From NCBI GenBank assembly GCA_008632985.1, contig QPGO01000183.1:62001-126000 (forward strand): a stretch of DNA of 64,000 nt. The letters run 5' to 3'. Below the pieces are notes generated by a model that worked only from the letters and a program-made list of their open reading frames with translations, did not search any database and had not been told where the DNA came from. Source of the stretch: Psammoneis japonica (taxonomy: Eukaryota). A program made the translations under genes and the position numbers. Of this stretch, positions 25,216-38,898 are shown piece by piece (the first letter of the stretch is position 1; each line of letters opens with the position of its first letter).

Positions 25216-26007
25216 CTAGGTATACTTCTTGTCGTGTTCATCAGCAGTCGATTCTTCCGTCTGAAGAGGTCGAAGGGTGTTTGTGTAGGTGTACCGACTA
25301 AACAGCACACTCAGTTTGCGATACCAAACAAATTGAGAATGATGCGTGGCCATGGCTTTCCACACGAGCCATGGTTGAAATAGACGGTAAACCACGACCT
25401 GGTGCTGTTGTTTGTTTTGACGTGTACATGTAAACGGATCCGTGCTATTGTCGGGTGATTTCGAGTACTTTCTCATCAACAGCTTATTGATGCACGCATG
25501 AAGCAACGCTACAACCACGTCCCCGAGCGCAAAGTATTTCAGTATCGGATTTGTGATTGTATCCAATTGCCATGCTTGTACGTTGAATTGTTTGTTGTTT
25601 TGACGTATAAACTGACAAATGCCCCTGAATACATGGACATGATTGACGTGTCCCGACACACCGCCCTCATCAAACGTTATAATCACATTTTGTCGCTCTT
25701 TGTTTCGTCCAACCAGCAATTTGTTTTCTAGATACCACTGAATCCGTTCCGCAACAACTTGATCAGACCAATGCTTTGTAGGATCATCTTGTAAAACATC
25801 GTCCACATGACTTTCTGAAATTTGGAGCAGCCGACACGCCTCGTGCAATTCTCGTGTGCGAATGCTTCCCAGCCCGTCGTAGTTGCCAGTCGTCAAGCAC
25901 AAGAGTGCCACGTCGTTTTGTTCCTCTGATAATTGAACGAGTGTTGGTAGAAAAAACATGGACTCGTCGTCCGGGTGAGCCGTCACGACAAGATAAAGCG
26001 GCGTCAT
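25216..26007 (-). CDS. PIGL: N-acetylglucosaminyl-phosphatidylinositol de-N-acetylase (GPI biosynthesis)
   Basis: AHPDDESMFF, LTTGNYDGLG..R..EL, ITFDEGGVSGHVNH and AMATHHSQFVWYRKL..LFSRY motifs. Confidence 0.92.
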   Translation of the reverse strand: MTPLYLVVTAHPDDESMFFLPTLVQLSEEQNDVALLCLTTGNYDGLGSIRTRELHEACRLLQISESHVDDVLQDDPTKHWSDQVVAERIQWYLENKLLVGRNKERQNVIITFDEGGVSGHVNHVHVFRGICQFIRQNNKQFNVQAWQLDTITNPILKYFALGDVVVALLHACINKLLMRKYSKSPDNSTDPFTCTRQNKQQHQVVVYRLFQPWLVWKAMATHHSQFVWYRKLSVLFSRYTYTNTLRPLQTEESTADEHDKKYT

Positions 26008-26029
26008 GGAGGAGTTCTAATGGCGCAGC

Positions 26030-29000
26030 GTTGTTCTCGTTGCAAACTCATCATCGTGGGCCCAGGGCGGGGCTTTGGATCTTGATGACTTTTTGACCAT
26101 GTCAGGGGGGGGGCACCACCTTTGCACAGCAAAAACAAGAACCCTTAAGAACCCTGGTGCCCTGCCTGCTGTCATCGAGAAAGACTGGCCGAAGACGATG
26201 GAGAAGCCATTCACAAGCACCTTTGTGCCAGTCACAGGGATGCCAACATGCCCCCAGCCTGCATGGTCCAAGAAAAGCAGGTGGTTGCACCTGAGGTGGA
26301 TGACTGCGCCAACCCCAAGATGATTGCCCGTGCCCCCCCCCCACTTCGCAGCTCTGGGGCCAACCCGCAACCCACCAAAATTTTTGCTGCCAATGACTTC
26401 AAGGTTTGGGAGATCATTGCTGCAATCACATGGGAACATTTTTGCTGGGCACATGTGAAAAAGGCCTGACACAATCAGGCCAGCAGGGTGGCCTGCCTGA
26501 ACTTGCACAGAGCCACTTGTTGGGTCCGAATGACACAGATGGATGATGCAGCCAGTGCAGCTGAAAAGCACTTGGCAGGTCTTTCCCACCATGGCAAATG
26601 CCAAAACTGGAACTTTGAGCACCTGGTGCATGTTCATGTTGAACAGCACTCTGTCGTTGAGGGCCTCTCAAGGAGTGTGGCTGCACCAGAATTGATGAAC
26701 GCTCCAAGGTGCACCACCTTTTGGGGAGTGTCAAGGACACGTCCCTTGGCTCCATCAAAGTGCAGATTGTGGCTAGCATGATGCTGTGCAGCAACTTTGA
26801 TGGACATGTTGTCTCATGTGAAGAATTCATCATTCAGTCCAAGCTGGATGGCAAAACCAAGAAGCTTTGCATTGCCACCTTGAAGGCCACCAAAGCCAAC
26901 ACAATGACATCATTCATGAGAAGGACATCAAGGGCAATTGCTGCCCCAACAAGGAGTGCAAACAAATGTCCCCAAAAACGCAAAAAAGCTTGAGTCCCCA
27001 GGTGGTGCTTGTGGTGGCCAAGACACGATGTCTGCAGCTGAGAACGTGATGCAGATCAAGGCCCTTGCCAGTGCGGCAGCTGCCATTGCTGCTCACATTG
27101 GACCAGCAGGACAAGAACACTGCTGGCAAGTCTGAAAAAACCACAAAGTGGTGTGCTGTCAAGCAGAAGTGCTGCCACTCTAACTTTCAGTTGCCGAAGG
27201 ACATGATGGCCAACAACCAGCACAAAGAATGGCAACCTTAAACCCGGCAGGAAGGAGAATGAATGATCCTCTCCAACCCTGTGTGTCTCAGTCCGCTTCG
27301 AACCCTGCATGTGACCCAAATGACCATGAGGGAAGAGGGAAGCAGTGTGCACCAAAGCTCATGCTGAGTTAGATGGCCATGTGCAGACGCAAGTGCACTG
27401 GGCAAGCATGCTCCAATTGTGTTTGACCATGATCGTCCAGTGGAGATGTCACAGGTTGCAACCAGAAAAGGGGCACCAGCAAGAGTCTGCACACCGCAAG
27501 CGGAGCAGTCACATGTGCGGACCCAGCCTCTGGCCAGCAAAACATCCTGGAAGTCCACCAGGCAGCACACATCCCGCACCTCAAACTCAACCTTTTGTGT
27601 CCCATGCAGTTGTGGCTGAATGACACAGGAGTCAATCTGTGCAGATAACTGACAAAGCCTTGCAGCAAGTCACACGTGGTGATGTTGACTGATGCAAATG
27701 GGGGTGAGCTCCTGATTCCATTGGAGTTAAACTGTGGAGTCACTTCCCCACCTCCAAACCCACTGCTTCTGAGCATGAAGCAGCTGTGCAAGATGGCAGG
27801 GCAGCAGAACTCACTTGCGAGTCCCCAGAATGGGACCCACAAACTGCTGACTTTCAAGCCAGAAAGAATTCCATGATGGACTCTCTCTCTCTTGGTCATG
27901 TGCCTGAGACTGGGGATGATGCACATTCTCAGATCCACATCATGAGCACAAAGCTCTCATGCACTGCAGCTCAAGAGACCTCAGATCATCTGGGGAATCA
28001 GCCGCTCCAAGACATCTTGCGTGCATGTGATGCCACATGCTGTTGACCAACAGCTGCAATGCACGCCCATCGCAAAGGAGATGTGCTCCAATGCTCCCAC
28101 CTTGATCTCCTTGACTGAGTTGAAAAGGGGCAATGCCTGCATGCAAGTCTTTGGCACATCCAATGGTTGGGCATGGGCTTGTCCCCTCAGATCCAAAGGG
28201 TTGGTGCACAAAGCACTGTCCTTGCTCTTTGCGCAAGATGGCTCACCCCACACAATGATTGTGACATTGGGTCAGTTCAGCAAAAAGGCCAGGGAGGCTG
28301 ACTGCCACATCAAGCAGACTGAACCCTGCACCCCATGGTCCAACTTTGCTGGGGGGCACTGTTCACAAACTCAAGCAGGGTGCAGGGTGCAAGATGGTGA
28401 AGACTCAAGCCCCAAAATGTCTTTGGGATGATTGTCTTGAGCTTGAAGCCCAAGTCAGATGAGGTTCCAGAAACCACAGTGTCTGGACAGACAGCCAACA
28501 TTTTGCACATGCACGAGTGTGGCTGGCATGACTGGGTCATGTTTGGGGACACGGCAGTCTCATTTCCCAAGACAAAGAGGTCCCAGGGCATTGCCTTGGT
28601 CTGAGTCAAGATGTTGGTCCCATCATGATGGCCAAGATGCCAAAGGATGATGGACAAGTCATCCACCATTCATCCTGTCAACCCTTGAACCCCAAGGAAC
28701 AGCGCCACGAGATGCACTTGGTGTTGTGCAAGAAACTCAATGGGGGCTGACAGGCAGAGGCCAAGCTGTGCCCGGGCATGACAGCTGGGGAGACATTGAT
28801 GACCCCAATGCTGCAACTCCTGCTTTTGATCCGTGCAAGGACAATGCTGACCAGGATGCTCCTCCTGCAAGTGCGCTCGATGAGGACAATGCACCTGATG
28901 CTGCTTTTGATGTTTGTGTGAACTCAGAAGTGCTGCAGTCCGCCACCTCACAGGGGGGACACCCAACAAACCAGGATGGTCAAATGGCTCAAACTCATTC

Positions 29001-32000
29001 AGATGGAACACCAATGGGCAGAGCCAGTGCCAATCCCATTTCAGACACTCATGCATGTGAGGTCAAATTTCCTGATGGTCAGGAAGCAGAGTTCACTGCT
29101 GATGTCACACCTGAGGACATGTTTGCACAATGTGATGATGAAGGCAATCAGTGCTTGCTTCTGGATGCTGTCGTTGATCACAAGACTGATGGGCACACAG
29201 TCCCGAAGGATGACACTTTCCTGCAGGACAGTGGAGGACACCAAACCATGTGCAAGATGACCAAAGGATGGCACCTTTGTGTTTGCTGGACAGACAGGAC
29301 CATGACTTTGGAGCGCCTTGCAGATTTGAAGGAATGCAACCCGGTCAAGCTGGCTGAGTGAGCCAGAGCCTGATCAACTGAGGATGAACCAGCCTTTGCC
29401 TGGTGGGCTCCATGTGCCTTGATGAACGGCAGCAGGTCACCGCTGCATTGAACAAGTGGCGCTGCAAATGGTTGCACAAGTGTGGGATGCACACTCCCAA
29501 GTTGTGCGATGAGGTGGTGCGGTCAAGATCAACCAGGCGAATGGCACAACCGCCTGTTGCAGGATTCTGCAGACAAGAACATGGGTGTTGTTGGCAAGGC
29601 ATTCAACAAGATCATTGATGACAACAAGGAACTGGCAGGATGCCAGCACATCAAATGTCACTTGGTCTTCAATGTAAAGCTGCAAGACTTCAATCGCAAG
29701 GCACGCCATGCAGCTGGTGGACACACCACTGATGCTCCCGCCACCTTGACATGCACAAGCGTTGTGTTGCGTGAGAGTGTGAGGATCATTTCTTGCCATG
29801 CCCAGGGATGAGGGTCATCTTGAGGCCATTTTCCAGGTCAGTGGATGCCTCAATGTGAAACATGATGCCAGGTTGCTGTCCAACCCAACACACCCCAACA
29901 CTGACATGTCTGACTTCAAGGAATGTGACTGGAAGTCATTTTGTGTAAAAAGATTGCCCTGCAGTCACATGAACAAGGGACAAGACTAAAAGAAAGACTT
30001 GCAACACCATGCCACTTTTCCAGAAGTGAGATCTAAACCTGAGGAACTGCTCCTCTGTGCCAATCGCCAATGACACAGCACACCAAACCAGCTCAAGTTG
30101 TGACCACATGGAAATTCTTCAATCCCCCAAAGTTGGTGAATTGAACAATGAGTTGGCTTGACCCAATTTGCTCTCTGGCCGTGTGTTTGGTTGCTCCAAT
30201 GTGACAAGAAAACCCTGACAGCCTGTGCTGAAACTGCCCAAAGGGGCAAAAGGGAACCAGATGTGACAGACAACCAGTTTTCACAGATGTCATGGAGGAT
30301 CCTCCCCACAAGTCCATCTTGCTTCATGCCACCACACATGATTTTTGCTGCGAGGTCTGCCAGATTGCACTCCAAACAAATGTGCCCAGTGAGTGACTCG
30401 CCCATTGCCACGCACTCCCTCATGGCATGGTGGCAACATTTAGAGCCTCGTTTCTTGCCACGCCCATTGACGAGGGTCGTGCTCATCTTGAGGCTGTTTT
30501 CCATGTCTGTGGATGCCTCAAGGTGAGACATGATGCCAGGTTGGTGTTTGACCCAACACATCCCAACATTGACATGTCTGACTTTAAGGAATGTGACTGG
30601 AAGTCATTTTGTGTGAAAAGATTGTCCTGCAGTCACATGAGCCAGGGACAAGACTAAAAGAAAGACTTGCAACACCATGCCGCTTTTCCAGAAGTGAGAT
30701 CCAAACCTGAGGAGCCGCTCCTCTGTGCCCAATCGCCGGTGACACAGCACACCAAACTGGCTCAAGCTGCAACCACATGGAAATTCTTCAGCCCCCTGAA
30801 GTCAACGAATTGAACAATGAGAGTTGGCTTGACCCAATTTGCTCTCCAGCCGTGTTTGGTTGCTCCAACATGACAAGGAAACCCTGACAACCTGTGCTGA
30901 AACAGCCCAAAAGGGCAAAAGGAACTGGGTGTGACAGACAACCAGTTTCACAGATTTCATGGAGGATCCGCCCCACAAGTTCATCTTGCTTTGTGCCACC
31001 ACACATGATTTTAGTTGCGAGGTCTGCTGGACTGCATTCCAAGTGAATGTGTCCAGCGAATGACTCACCCATTGCTGCGCACTCCCTCATGGCATGGTGG
31101 CAAATGGAGCTCGACTTCTTCTTCTTCAAAGCAGACTGTGGACATTGTGCATTGTTGACAACTGACATGTTGTCCCCACAAATGCAGGGTGGACCAGCTG
31201 GCAGAGTGCCTGTCATCCTCAGCTTGTGTCACATGCCATGCAATGACTCCATGCCTTGCTTCATGGCTGTAAACTTGGCTCCAAAAACCAAGGTTTCAAT
31301 TGCACTTTGGTGCTTTGAAGGCCACTCTGTCCAAGCCACATTCATGTGGATGAAGAAGCCAGTGCGTGAGCGCCTTGTCAACTTGTCATTTGCATGATCT
31401 GAGTCCAACTTGTCATTTGCATGAGATCTGAGTCAACGAACAAGTGCAGGTGTCAACCTCCAAGCCCAGAGGTTCTTGTGCATTGGGTGGGATTGCTTTG
31501 TGCACATCCCCACATGAAGAATTTGCCATGTGATCAATTTGAGTTGGTTTGGTGTGCTGCATCATTGGTGATTGGGTGCAGAAAGGTTCCTCAGGTTTGG
31601 ATCTCACGAGCTCCATTTGGCACCACGCCATGAGGGAGTGCATGGCAATGGGTGAGCCACTCACTGGACACATTTGTTTGGAATGCAATCCAGTGGACCT
31701 TGCAACAAAAATCATGTGTGGTGGCATGAGGCAAGATGGACTTGTGGGGATGATCCTCCATGACATCTGTGAAGACTGGTTGTCTGTCACACTGGGTTCC
31801 CTTTCCCCTTTGGGGGTTTTGGCACAGGTTGCCAGGGTTGCCTTGTCACGTTGGAGTGACCAAATGTGGCCTGCGATTAAATTGGGTCAAGCCAACTCAT
31901 TGTGCAATTCATTGACTTGAGAGGACTGAAGAATTTGCCATGTGATCAACTGAGTTTAGTTTGGTGTGCTTTGTCATTGGCAATTGGGTGCAGAGCAGTT

Positions 32001-32077
32001 CCTCGGGTTTAGATCTCACTTCCAGAAAAGTGGCATGATGTTGCAAGCCTTTCTTTTAGTCTTGTCACCAGTGCATG
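26030..32077 (+). mobile_element. Degenerate diatom-type Ty1/Copia retrotransposon with rearranged 3' end, TpA-erased
   Basis: gag-like DWPKTME..MIARAP and NWNFE...H.EQH; protease-like ELDGH; GRASANPISDTHACEVKFPDG..MFAQCDDEGNQCLLLD; KGWHLCV..ERLADLKECNPV; RT GCQHIKCHLVFNVK..RKARHAAGGH; RNase H ICHHAMRECAAMGE..PADLATK. Conserved Tyr positions read Cys or His. Confidence 0.85.
29810..32066. repeat. Tandem plus inverted duplications of the Copia RT-end/RNase H/LTR segment
   Basis: ~29810-30440 is repeated at ~30470-31110. Its minus-strand RNase H+LTR part recurs in + orientation at ~31610-32066. A purine tract gagaggac precedes tgaagaattt (~31928), and a partial LTR lies at ~31514-31607. Confidence 0.75.
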
Positions 32078-35000
32078 CCACCGCAGGGTGATTTGCTCAC
32101 ACATCATGGGTGGTTGAACAACCAAGTCAAGAATCGACTCAATCATTGCAGGCAGTGCAATGTCTCTTTTCTCAGCTCACTTTGGACTGCCCCTGTGCTC
32201 ACTCCAACAAAGCACTTTGCAGACAGGCTCAAGTTGGTGTCACTCTTGCTTTGGCATGCTGCCCTGCTTCTTCCATCATTCCAAAATGAGGTGGAATGCC
32301 CGCCTGCAATTTTTTGCCAAACTTTGATTTTTTTCTGGCAACAAGCGCTCAATTTTTGCGTGCAGACATTGGCACATGTTGCACCTTGCAATTGACACCA
32401 ACACACAGCCACAGAACTGCAACATGTGAAAAAAAGCATGTGCTCTGCATGCAAAAAACTGCTCAATGTGAAGAAAATTTTCCACGACTTGTTAAAACAC
32501 GCAACAACAGCAGTGGCTGCAGCTGCAATGTGCTCCATCAAGAATGACCATGAACTCACCATGGCACAAACACGCACCAATGATTCGTGATTGGCTTTGC
32601 ACACATGTGCCTTGCTGTGCCTTGAAGTTGATTGATCACAGCAAAAACAGCAAAAAAACATGTCTTTGCCCATCACTTTTTGACCACACAAAAGTCAACA
32701 ACAAGCCTGCTGCTGCACTCTCATGTGTCAATTCTGCTGCACATGAGTTCACCAGGTGCAACATTGAAGTGTGCAGCATGACTGGCAAAACCCACAAGGC
32801 ATGCAATTTGGAGACAGCTCTGTTGTGAGATCAAGATCTTTCATTGTGCTGACACCTGTTGCACAGAGTGTGTGGTGGCACTGAAAGCAAGCCATTGACA
32901 TCAAAAGCACCGTGCTCAAGTGTTGAGCAATGCAAGTGCCTGTGGGATCTGCACTTTCAAAAAATGTGTTGCAGCACTGGAGCACAATTGTTCGTGCATC
33001 ATTGCCTTCCAATGTGCCAATGGCGCCATTTGGTGGATTCAATCTGCAATTGAAATTTTAGACTGCCAGCAACCTGCAGCCAAAGAAGCACAAATGGACA
33101 GAAGTTTTGTTGCAGCACAGTGCATTTGCTCATCTGACAAGAGTTGTCAAAAATGACAGCTCTGATGGGAGGTTGCTGGACTCCTTGAGCATCTTGTTTG
33201 TTTCCACCAGTGCCATTGTGTGGTTTGAAAATGGGCTCATCTTGTGCAAAAGAGAGAGAGCTTTGGATGGTGGGCTGGCCAAAGTGCACAGGCAACTTGG
33301 AACAAGACATTGAGTCAGAAGAGCTGAAGGAAGCCTCTGCATTGCAGTGTGCTTGCCATGAAAAGAATTTTGGGCTGTGGGTGCACATGATCAATGTGAG
33401 GACATGAAGGACAAATTGATCCCAAACAGGAAGCAAGCATTGCTGAGGACCATTTGATGCAGCTGCGGCATTTTGTGAAAGTGCTTGACAATTTTGGTTG
33501 GGGCAAGCTGAGTTGGAAAGCAAGATGTCAGTTTGATGAAGTGCCTGAAACAGGCATGAACACAGCATCCTTGCACTCATTCTTGACAAAGTTGCAGAAG
33601 GGTTTGAAGGCTTTGTCTGATCCAGTCAGCAGAAAATTCCAACAGCAGACTTGCAGCTTGCCAGCTGAGCCTGTGCTTTGCAGCCAAGCAAGTTCACATC
33701 ATGCTCACGACAAAGAACATGAAGTGCATGGCTGCTCACAGCTCTTGCACAAGTTTTGTTTCATTGTGGTGGAGCGACATTTGTTGGCGCCCTTCATTTT
33801 TTTTCAACTGCATGACAATGTTGTTTGCACAAGGGCATGCTTCCCACAACTGAGATGTTGTTGCATTGTGAAGCACAGCCAAACTTTCAACTCCAACGAG
33901 GGCAGAGATGGGCAACTTCAGTGGATGCAAATGTTGGTTTTGCAAGCCAACCCTGGAATGGTTGATGCAGTGCTGCCATCATTTCAACAGTGTGGAAAAA
34001 GCTGTCACACAGCCAAGCAGCAGAAGAAGGGTGCATGCTGGCACAGACATGGCTGGGCAAAGGCTTCTGCATTGAACTGGAGGTGGACAAGATGGCAACA
34101 GGAGCACAACAACCTTGGCACCAACTTGGAGCCTCGAGACATCTTCAAGCTGTGCACAACAATGGCCAGGAGAAACAAGCAATGACAAATTATCCTGTGG
34201 CACACCAGGGTTTGAGACCAGCTCAGTGTGAGTTGGTGATCAATTTGTGCCCCACACTTTCTCACAATGAAACTCCCCCAGACTGCCCATTTTGCCTTTG
34301 CTGACAGATGTCGCACACTTTGCTTTTGAAGTCTTGCTCATGTGCTGGCCCTGCTTTTGTTGCCACCAACTGTTTCCGGCAGGCTCCACCACCTTGTGGC
34401 ATCAATCTTGACTCATTGTCACACACACCTCCTGCCACATCACATGATGCACTGGGGGTGTGGGCTGGCTTGTTCTTGACAAAGTTGCAAGTGAATTTCC
34501 TTCTGAGTCAATTTCCTGACTCTGCCATCTGTTTGCTTGGCACACAATTCACAGGTCAAGGTCAGAATCTGTCCTCAGAGCATGCTGCCAGAGTGTTGAA
34601 GCAGTGGCAGTGGCAAGCAGCACTCTGGCAAAAAATGAGGTTCTCCACAAATGGAGGCATTGTTGCTTTGAGAAGAGCAAAGCATCAGCCCCTCTCTCCA
34701 ACATTGGCACTGCATGGAAAGATGTTGGCACCAATGCAAAGGCTCTCTGCCTTGCCACTGGAGAAAATGACACACCAGGATTGAAGCAGAACAAGGAACA
34801 AATCAATGTGCACACAAAGACTCTCACAAATGACAATGCCTCTGGCAAAGGAGCAGCTCAAGGTGCTCACCACAATTTTGCCACATGGTGTCAAACCTCA
34901 TTTTGGACTGCTCTAAATGAAGCAAAATGAGTGAAGACAAATTTCGTGAGATGTTGATGCACATGCACCACCAGTGGCACCAAAAAGATGCAATCCACTG

Positions 35001-35368
35001 CAAGTGGGACCAGCTTCCAACCCCAACCCAAGCTCCAGTTGTGGGCAGAATGGGGACAAAAGGCCAGTGCAACAGCTGTGAGGGCAGAGACGAATCAAGA
35101 AAAAAGGGACCAAGCAGCAGTGCCAACCAGCTGAGATGGTTCAAATTGCCAGATGCACATGTGGCCACAGCAGTGAACTGCAAGCACAGCACCTCCAACC
35201 AACAGACAGCAGCATGCAGTGCTTCTGATGCAAGCACTTGGAGCTTGGCTCGGTGCAGTTTTTGGACCAGCATTCAGAGGTCATCCAGTGGCAAAGATGG
35301 CAAGAGATTGTGGCACACTTTGAGAATGCGCGAAGCAAGACATCCACGCATCTTGATGTTGCAGTGTG
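32078..35368. mobile_element. Unclassified degenerate TpA/CpG-depleted element (continues right of Gypsy copy 1)
   Basis: Near-total TpA loss. Segment ~34200-34490 is homologous to ~48790-49090. Confidence 0.5.
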
Positions 35369-35800
35369 TGCCCTGTGCATGCACCAGGCGCTGAAAAAGA
35401 AGATGTGTTACGACTCTGTCGTTGTGAAAATTATGAGCTAGTTTAGAGTAGAGAAAATGGGATCGTGCGAATAGGGAATCTTGCCAAATCCCTATTCGTT
35501 CGCATTTGGATCGTATTAAATCGATCGTGCGTTCGCATTGTGGATCGTGCGAATCAAGCCATCACGCGCCATGCACGAGTGATGTCATCGTGTGGAATCA
35601 CGCTACCATCGTGGGCCAGACGACGGGCTGGTGTGCTTCACACGGATGCTCTCTTAGCATCCTTCTGGAATTGCCCAAGACCTAGAGCCACGCCCTCCTG
35701 TGGTCGTGCTTCCCAGGTGCATGTTGACAACACTGCGTTGCCACGTGCAAGAGGCTCATGCACGGTCTCGCCGTGTTGTCCAGCAGCGAGGCATGCTGCA
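35369..35800 (-). repeat. 3' LTR of Gypsy copy 1
   Basis: tgccctg...gcatgctgca, 432 bp; retains several ancestral TpA at 35405-35520. Confidence 0.95.
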
Positions 35801-35883
35801 CACTCCCCCATGATCAGGGCCGTCAAGTGACAGAATGTCTCACTGGCGACAGGGTGCAATCTGCCGTAGATTGTGCGTGTCTG

Positions 35884-38862
35884 TCAGCGCTCCGTTCTGG
35901 ACACACAACGCGCAATGGACAAAACCGCATCGCGTCCGAAGACCAATTGCGCGGGACTTGCACGCGTGGTCGTGTGTGCTGCAGCTCTAACAGCGAAGGC
36001 CACTGCGGAGAGGATGCCACTCCATGGGTCATCTTCATCCAGTTCCACATCCTGCACTGAAAAGGAACGCACCATGTTGCCAAGTGTCTGGTGCACACGC
36101 TCCACTGTGGCACTCGCCTGTGGATTCCGTTTGCTTGTGGGTTTCTTCAAAATCCCACAGTCATTTTTAATCATCTGGCTAAATTCTGCCACAAATTCTG
36201 TCCCACGGTCATAAACCACCTGGGTTGGCCACGGATGTCTGCATGGCCAAGTTTGTTCTACGACGTTTGCCATGACGTCTGCGCGTTTCGCAGACACTTC
36301 TTTAATCTCGAACCACCCGGTTGCTGGGTCAATCATTGTGACTGCCCACAATTGCAAGGTGTCCTTTCTGCATCTTTGAATCTTGTGTGGCCCTGTCATG
36401 TCCATGCACAGAGTCTCCCATGGAATTGTCTCTGCGACCTTTTCTGGTGGCTTCCCACAACGCTGCGTTCGGCGTTTTGTCTTCTGGCATCGATCGCACC
36501 CAGCGCACGTGGAATGCACCGTAGACCTCACACTGGGCCAATGGAAGTGCTGGGCAACAGATGTTTCCGCACGTGTCTCACTTGGATGACACAGTGTCTC
36601 GTGGCGCCATTCAGTTGGCGGAACCTGCAATGACTGTGGTGCTGCGATTTTGTCCTTGTGACAGATTAACTGTCGTGATGACCCTCCCCCACGACACGCG
36701 CCAATGGAGCAGTCGGACGAGTCCTTGGCTCTTGAGAGCAGGCGCTTGTCCTTTTGTTGTGCTTTTTGAATGCGCTTGAAGCCAACAGGCAGAGATGGCT
36801 CATCTTGAGCATCTGCACCAAAGGCTTCATGCAAAGGACGACTCGATGGAGTGTCTTTTGCATCCGGATTGGCCTCGGAAGGCAAGCTGGTTGCTGGTCG
36901 AAGGTGACCAAGAGCGTCTGCGACCAGGTTGTGGGTGCCCTCAACATGACGTAATTCGGGACCGCATTCTTCGCATGTCAACCGCCAGCGCATGATGCGC
37001 TCGGCATTGAATGCTTTGTGTGCAAGATTTTTATGATCAGCACATGTGATCACACGATGACCAAGGAGAATCGTTCGAAATTCTTTCAACGTCTCCACAA
37101 TGGCGAGTGATTCTCTTTCCGTTGTTGCACAATTTAATTGCGCACTGTTGAGCTTTCTGCTGCAAAAGGCGACAGGTTTGTCATCTTGGGACATGGCTGC
37201 TCCCAGTTGACATTTAGAGGCATCGGCACGCATCTCAAAGGGTTTGTTAAAATCAGGATGTGACAGCAAAACATCATCCGATGTCACCCGTTTGACGGTT
37301 TCGAACACCTCGTCTTCAACGGACGTCCACTTCCACTTGACAGTCTCGCTTGCGAGCAGTGTCAGCGGAGCCAAGACTTCAGAACATCCAATCCACGTGT
37401 CGCGGCAGCAGCTCACCATGCCAACAAATGAACGCAGGTCGCGTTTGTTGGTTGGGGTCGCGATTCGCTCAATGGTGTCGACTTTGTTGGGCATTGGTCA
37501 CACTCCGTCTCTGTCAACCAGATGGCCCAAGCGCTCTAATTGGGTTTGACAGAAGTGAGATTTAGTTGCGTTAACTTTTAGTCCTGCTTTCTGGACCCTC
37601 AACAAAACTTCTTCAAGTTTGTTGAGGTGATCTTGGTGGGTGCCTTTTGTCGTGACGAGAAGGTCATCTAAGTGCGTTCGAACGAACGACAGATCTTCAA
37701 ATGAGCCTGACATGCGTTCTTGGAAAATGTCTGGCGAATTGCATGATCCCATGGGCAATGCCTGCATCTCATACTTGCCCCACGGGAAGATGAGCGTGCA
37801 GAGCTTCTTGCTGTCAGCATCCAATCGGATGTGATAACAGCCCATGTTTAAATCCAGCGATGTAGCCCACATAAAGCCTTCGAGCTTAAGTGGCACATCT
37901 TGGATATGAGGAATCGCATAAGGCAATCGCTTGATCCGTTTATTCAGCTCTCTGAAATCATTAATAAAGCGTACCGTTAAATCTTTCTTCGGTATGACGA
38001 ATGATGGAGCTGCCCATTGGGATCGGTTAACGCGTTTGAGAACACCGACACGTACTAGGCGTTCTACTTCTTTACGTAGCGTAGCTTCGTACGCACGAGG
38101 TACTTTATACGGACGAGCGTGGTATGGTTCTACACCCTCCTTGAGTTGGATATGGTAGGGTTCTCCCTTCCATTCTCCTAATGTCCCATCAAATAAGGAC
38201 TCATGGCGTTTCAATAGTGCCAAAAGGTCGTTTTGTTGAACTATAGAAAGTCTTATTGCCTCTCGCGTTATGTCCTCGAGGCAGGCCGGCGCGTACTTAG
38301 CGTCTAAAATACGCGAAATCCGGTCGGTTTCCGAAGATAAGGCTTCTGGATCTTGAAGATAGAAGGAGGTTTCCACCGTAGCATCTACGTGCCTCATTGG
38401 TACTTCTCCATTGACTAATGGCCACTCTATCATCTGTTTAGAGAAGACAATATCAATGCCTTGTGTCTCCAGAATGTCACGTCCAATAATCATATCGTAC
38501 TTGCCCAACTTTCCGTTGTGTACGTGGACGGTATGCTTAAGTTCTGCAGTTTCGTATAATTCTGGTAACCAAAATTTAACGGTACAGTCGTTAGACGTAC
38601 TAAACGAGCCTGCTACCGTAGTCCAGTTTGTCTCAGCCGTTGAATGGCTTCGCAGACGTTTACAGTGTCGACTGTCGAGTAGAGTGCTGCTGGCGCCACT
38701 ATCTAGTGGTGCCTTAATGGTTTGAGTCTTGCCCTTGCCATGTTTAGCATTCATAGCTGTAAACAAGATTGGAGTAAGATGAGTCTTTTTAACTCGTTTG
38801 CGGGATTGGCCTACAACACGTGTACGATGGCAATTCAGTTGTTCATTTGTACATTCATCCAA
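35884..38862 (-). pseudogene. Gypsy pol (protease, RT, RNase H, integrase), inactivated
   Basis: LDSGASS; WAAPSFVIPKKD..VRFINDFRELN; YxDD reads THLDD; ADASKCQLGA..TTERESLAIVE; integrase H..LCHP..C..CQ, MIDPATGWFE, YDRGTEF, NPQA.A.VERVH. Confidence 0.92.
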
Positions 38863-38898
38863 TGTGTTGAAACTACCTGCATCGTGTCGGCCCCCTTC

